From: a virus | Taxonomy: Duplodnaviria > Caudoviricetes | Reading direction: 5' to 3' (one strand) | DNA length: 26,602 nucleotides | Virus record (IMG/VR): IMGVR_UViG_3300021373_000811 | Location: 1 to 26,602 of that record | Shown: piece by piece, positions 24,973 through 26,602 of the stretch | Numbering within the stretch: position 1 is the first letter of the stretch | Layout: every line of letters begins with the position of its first letter | Program-made: the position numbers and the translations under genes | Notes under the pieces: model-generated | Told to the model about the DNA's origin: nothing | What the model saw: only the letters and a program-made list of their open reading frames with translations | Databases searched by the model: none

Positions 24973-25041
24973 TGAGCAGTTTTCCACATACTCAGGTGAC
25001 GGGCGTAACGACCAGAGTGAGTTTAGAGTCATCTCAGGACT
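24973..25041 (-). other. Two tandem predicted small H-type pseudoknots
   Basis: AGTC-C-TGAG-AT-GACT-CTAAA-CTCA (25041-25018) and TCAC-C-TGAGTA-T-GTGG-AAAAC-TGCTCA (24999-24973). Confidence 0.6.
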
Positions 25042-25046
25042 AAGTC

Positions 25047-25244
25047 TTAGTCGAGAGTGATTTCCTCTCGTTTTACTTTTGCAGGCTGACGGATGCCGAG
25101 AGAAATTTCGAGTCTCTCAATCTCCTTGTCCTTACGAGCCTGCCACTTTTCCTCAGTGCGTCCGTTCTTCTCAAAGAACTGTGACGCCTTGAGACGTTCG
25201 AGTGCGCCTTCACGTCGGCGCTTAACTACATGCTTACCTCGCAT
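25047..25244 (-). CDS. Small basic hypothetical protein
   Basis: 65 aa ORF, GAGGA RBS. Confidence 0.7.
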   Translation of the reverse strand: MRGKHVVKRRREGALERLKASQFFEKNGRTEEKWQARKDKEIERLEISLGIRQPAKVKREEITLD

Positions 25245-25245
25245 A

Positions 25246-25455
25246 TCAATCCTCTTGTTTAGGTGGTTCTAGTTCTTCATAAAGAACGCACCACGTTTGC
25301 ACTTTCTCCTGATCGGCGCATATCAATGCACCATACATAGGAATACACTTTTCTCGAATTACTACGCGTGAGTCCCAATCAAGGCATATCCTTTCATCTT
25401 CGATTGTACTACAACTCACGGCCGTTGTCAATAACACTGCTAAAAGAAATCTCAT
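25246..25455 (-). CDS. Small Cys-rich putative lipoprotein
   Basis: MRFLLAVLLTTAVS-C lipobox-like; four further Cys. Confidence 0.65.
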   Translation of the reverse strand: MRFLLAVLLTTAVSCSTIEDERICLDWDSRVVIREKCIPMYGALICADQEKVQTWCVLYEELEPPKQED

Positions 25456-25471
25456 AATTTTCTCTCATGGT

Positions 25472-25548
25472 TGGCGGAGCGGACGGGACTCGAACCCGCG
25501 ACCCCCGGCGTGACAGGCCGGTATTCTAACCAACTGAACTACCGCTCC
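25472..25548 (-). tRNA. tRNA-Asp(GUC)
   Basis: 77 nt, CCGGC-CTGTCAC-GCCGG, G73, CCA. Confidence 0.97.
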
Positions 25549-25928
25549 TAATAAGGTTTGAGGCCTTCTTTGCCCCTATGGTATCTCCCCCATATGCAGT
25601 GTGCAACTTCGTGTCCAATCAACTCAGGTTCCCATTGCCACTCTGGGTCCTTTATGTACACGGTGCACTCGCCGGTCTCGGGTATCCAGAGAGTAAACGC
25701 ACTCACTGAATCCCATTCTAATCCCAGATTCTTTCGTCTGGCTGCATTGAACTCGGCTTCGTTTTTGAGTAAAACAAAATGAACCTTTGGATGTAGGTTC
25801 TCGTATTCCTTTTCTAGGAACTTATAATCATCCGCACCGTAACGGTACGCATTGGTGACACCGGACGATGCGCATCCGGTGATGAATAGACTAATCGCTA
25901 TCGTGAACGTGTAATTGAATAAGCGCAT
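25548..25928 (-). CDS. Putative lipoprotein with HExxH zinc-metallopeptidase-like motif
   Basis: Signal peptide ending ITG-C; LIGHEVAHCIWGRYH. Confidence 0.7.
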   Translation of the reverse strand: MRLFNYTFTIAISLFITGCASSGVTNAYRYGADDYKFLEKEYENLHPKVHFVLLKNEAEFNAARRKNLGLEWDSVSAFTLWIPETGECTVYIKDPEWQWEPELIGHEVAHCIWGRYHRGKEGLKPY

Positions 25929-26172
25929 AATGAAGTACCTTTAGTAAGTCTTTTCGCGCATCGTCACGAGTCCCCTTCTTCCCGTAACGCTGTGCGTATT
26001 TCAAAACATTACCGATACAGAATCCTGTACCGTGCCCCCCATCAATAATAAATTCGGTCGCCTGAAACTTCTCTTTGGCGTAGTGTTGATTATATGTAGA
26101 GTCAATGTAACTCGCGAATTCCGCAATCAACTTATCCTCGTTGAACTTGTAGTCAATTGATTTTTTAGACAT
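25891..26172 (-). CDS. DUF3310-like protein (T7 gp1.7-related nucleotide kinase family)
   Basis: QHYA...GFCIGNVLKYAQRYGKKG...DLLKVLHYA. Preferred start is the ATG at 26172, coupled to the upstream TAA (TAATG). Confidence 0.75.
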   Translation of the reverse strand: MSKKSIDYKFNEDKLIAEFASYIDSTYNQHYAKEKFQATEFIIDGGHGTGFCIGNVLKYAQRYGKKGTRDDARKDLLKVLHYALIQLHVHDSD

Positions 26173-26471
26173 TACCACTCTCTCAAAATAGTTGTTGCAA
26201 TCATAAACCCAGAAACCGCATTCAGCATAATGAGTGCTCGGTCTTTCCAGATTACAGATACCCAAGTCCATAGTATAATACCTACGAACCCGATTGTCAA
26301 GTCATACATGCGATATTCTGGTCCTGCTGAGCGCATTGCCAGAGAAGCAAGAATAAGAATTGATGCGGCCCACTTCAGGTACCAATCGAAGTTCTCGGGC
26401 CACCAATCTCTATCTGGTTTATTGCGACCGTCTGCTCTTACCATCGGGTCGCCACGTCCTTGCTTAGGCAT
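26172..26471 (-). CDS. Small membrane protein with three predicted TM helices
   Basis: Three hydrophobic segments in 99 aa. Confidence 0.72.
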   Translation of the reverse strand: MPKQGRGDPMVRADGRNKPDRDWWPENFDWYLKWAASILILASLAMRSAGPEYRMYDLTIGFVGIILWTWVSVIWKDRALIMLNAVSGFMIATTILREW

Positions 26472-26497
26472 AATTTTCTCACTGGTTCATAATAAAT

Positions 26498-26582
26498 TGG
26501 TGCGAAAGGAGAGACTCGAACTCTCACGCCTTGCGGCACTGGTACCTAAAACCAGCGTGTCTACCAATTCCACCACTCTCGC
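26498..26582 (-). tRNA. tRNA-Leu(UAG)
   Basis: 85 nt, long variable arm, CTGGT-TTTAGGT-ACCAG, A73, CCA. Confidence 0.96.
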
Positions 26583-26586
26583 AAAA

Positions 26587-26602
26587 TGGCTGGCGAGGCA
26601 GG
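26587..26602 (-). tRNA. 3' end of a further tRNA (possibly Gln), truncated by the window edge
   Basis: CCTGCCTCGCCAGCCA ends in CCA 4 nt upstream of tRNA-Leu. A72 and G73 fit Gln, but the anticodon is not visible. Confidence 0.6.

Noticed and set aside
87-25782. All plus-strand ORFs and nested alternative-frame minus-strand ORFs in the ORF track
   Set aside because: They lie antisense to or inside well-supported genes or tRNAs and show no motifs; treated as shadow ORFs.
24945-26271. Longer ORF-track starts at 24989 and 26271 (also 10422 and 6712)
   Set aside because: Internal ATGs have better RBS or stop-start coupling and avoid overlapping neighbouring genes or RNA elements.
1-26602. Stop-codon reassignment
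   Set aside because: Genes are full length under the standard code and all three stops are used. The Leu(UAG) and Ser(UGA) names are anticodons, not suppressors.
21541-26602. Prophage attachment site or genomic island at the tRNAs
   Set aside because: No integrase and no duplicated tRNA 3' end were seen. The tRNAs are co-oriented with phage genes and promoters.

Overview
Segment of a large T4-like (probably marine, proteobacterial-host) myophage genome. All credible genes lie on the minus strand, so transcription runs right to left. Order along that direction: (i) tRNA-rich accessory region (6 complete tRNAs, 1 partial) interleaved with small proteins, lipoproteins, a GT25-like glycosyltransferase, a di-haem cytochrome c peroxidase/MauG-family lipoprotein and several structured non-coding RNA elements; (ii) a PD-(D/E)XK exonuclease and a frameshift-split nuclease-like gene; (iii) a ~14 kb late cluster in which about eight proteins start with a T4 internal-protein capsid-targeting-like signal, including a KxDG ligase-like protein and a HIGH-type nucleotidyltransferase polyprotein, plus two large LamG / DUF285-type proteins sharing an N-terminal peptide; (iv) a nucleotide-metabolism operon (nrdA carrying a glutaredoxin domain, SGNH hydrolase, nrdB, Zn-ribbon protein, apt, MTA/SAH nucleosidase). 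Most interesting: a 190-nt highly structured RNA directly behind tRNA-Ala, three related H-type pseudoknots (one coupled to a terminator), and the putative capsid-packaged enzyme cargo. All calls come from reading motifs by eye. No database searches or folding programs were run.
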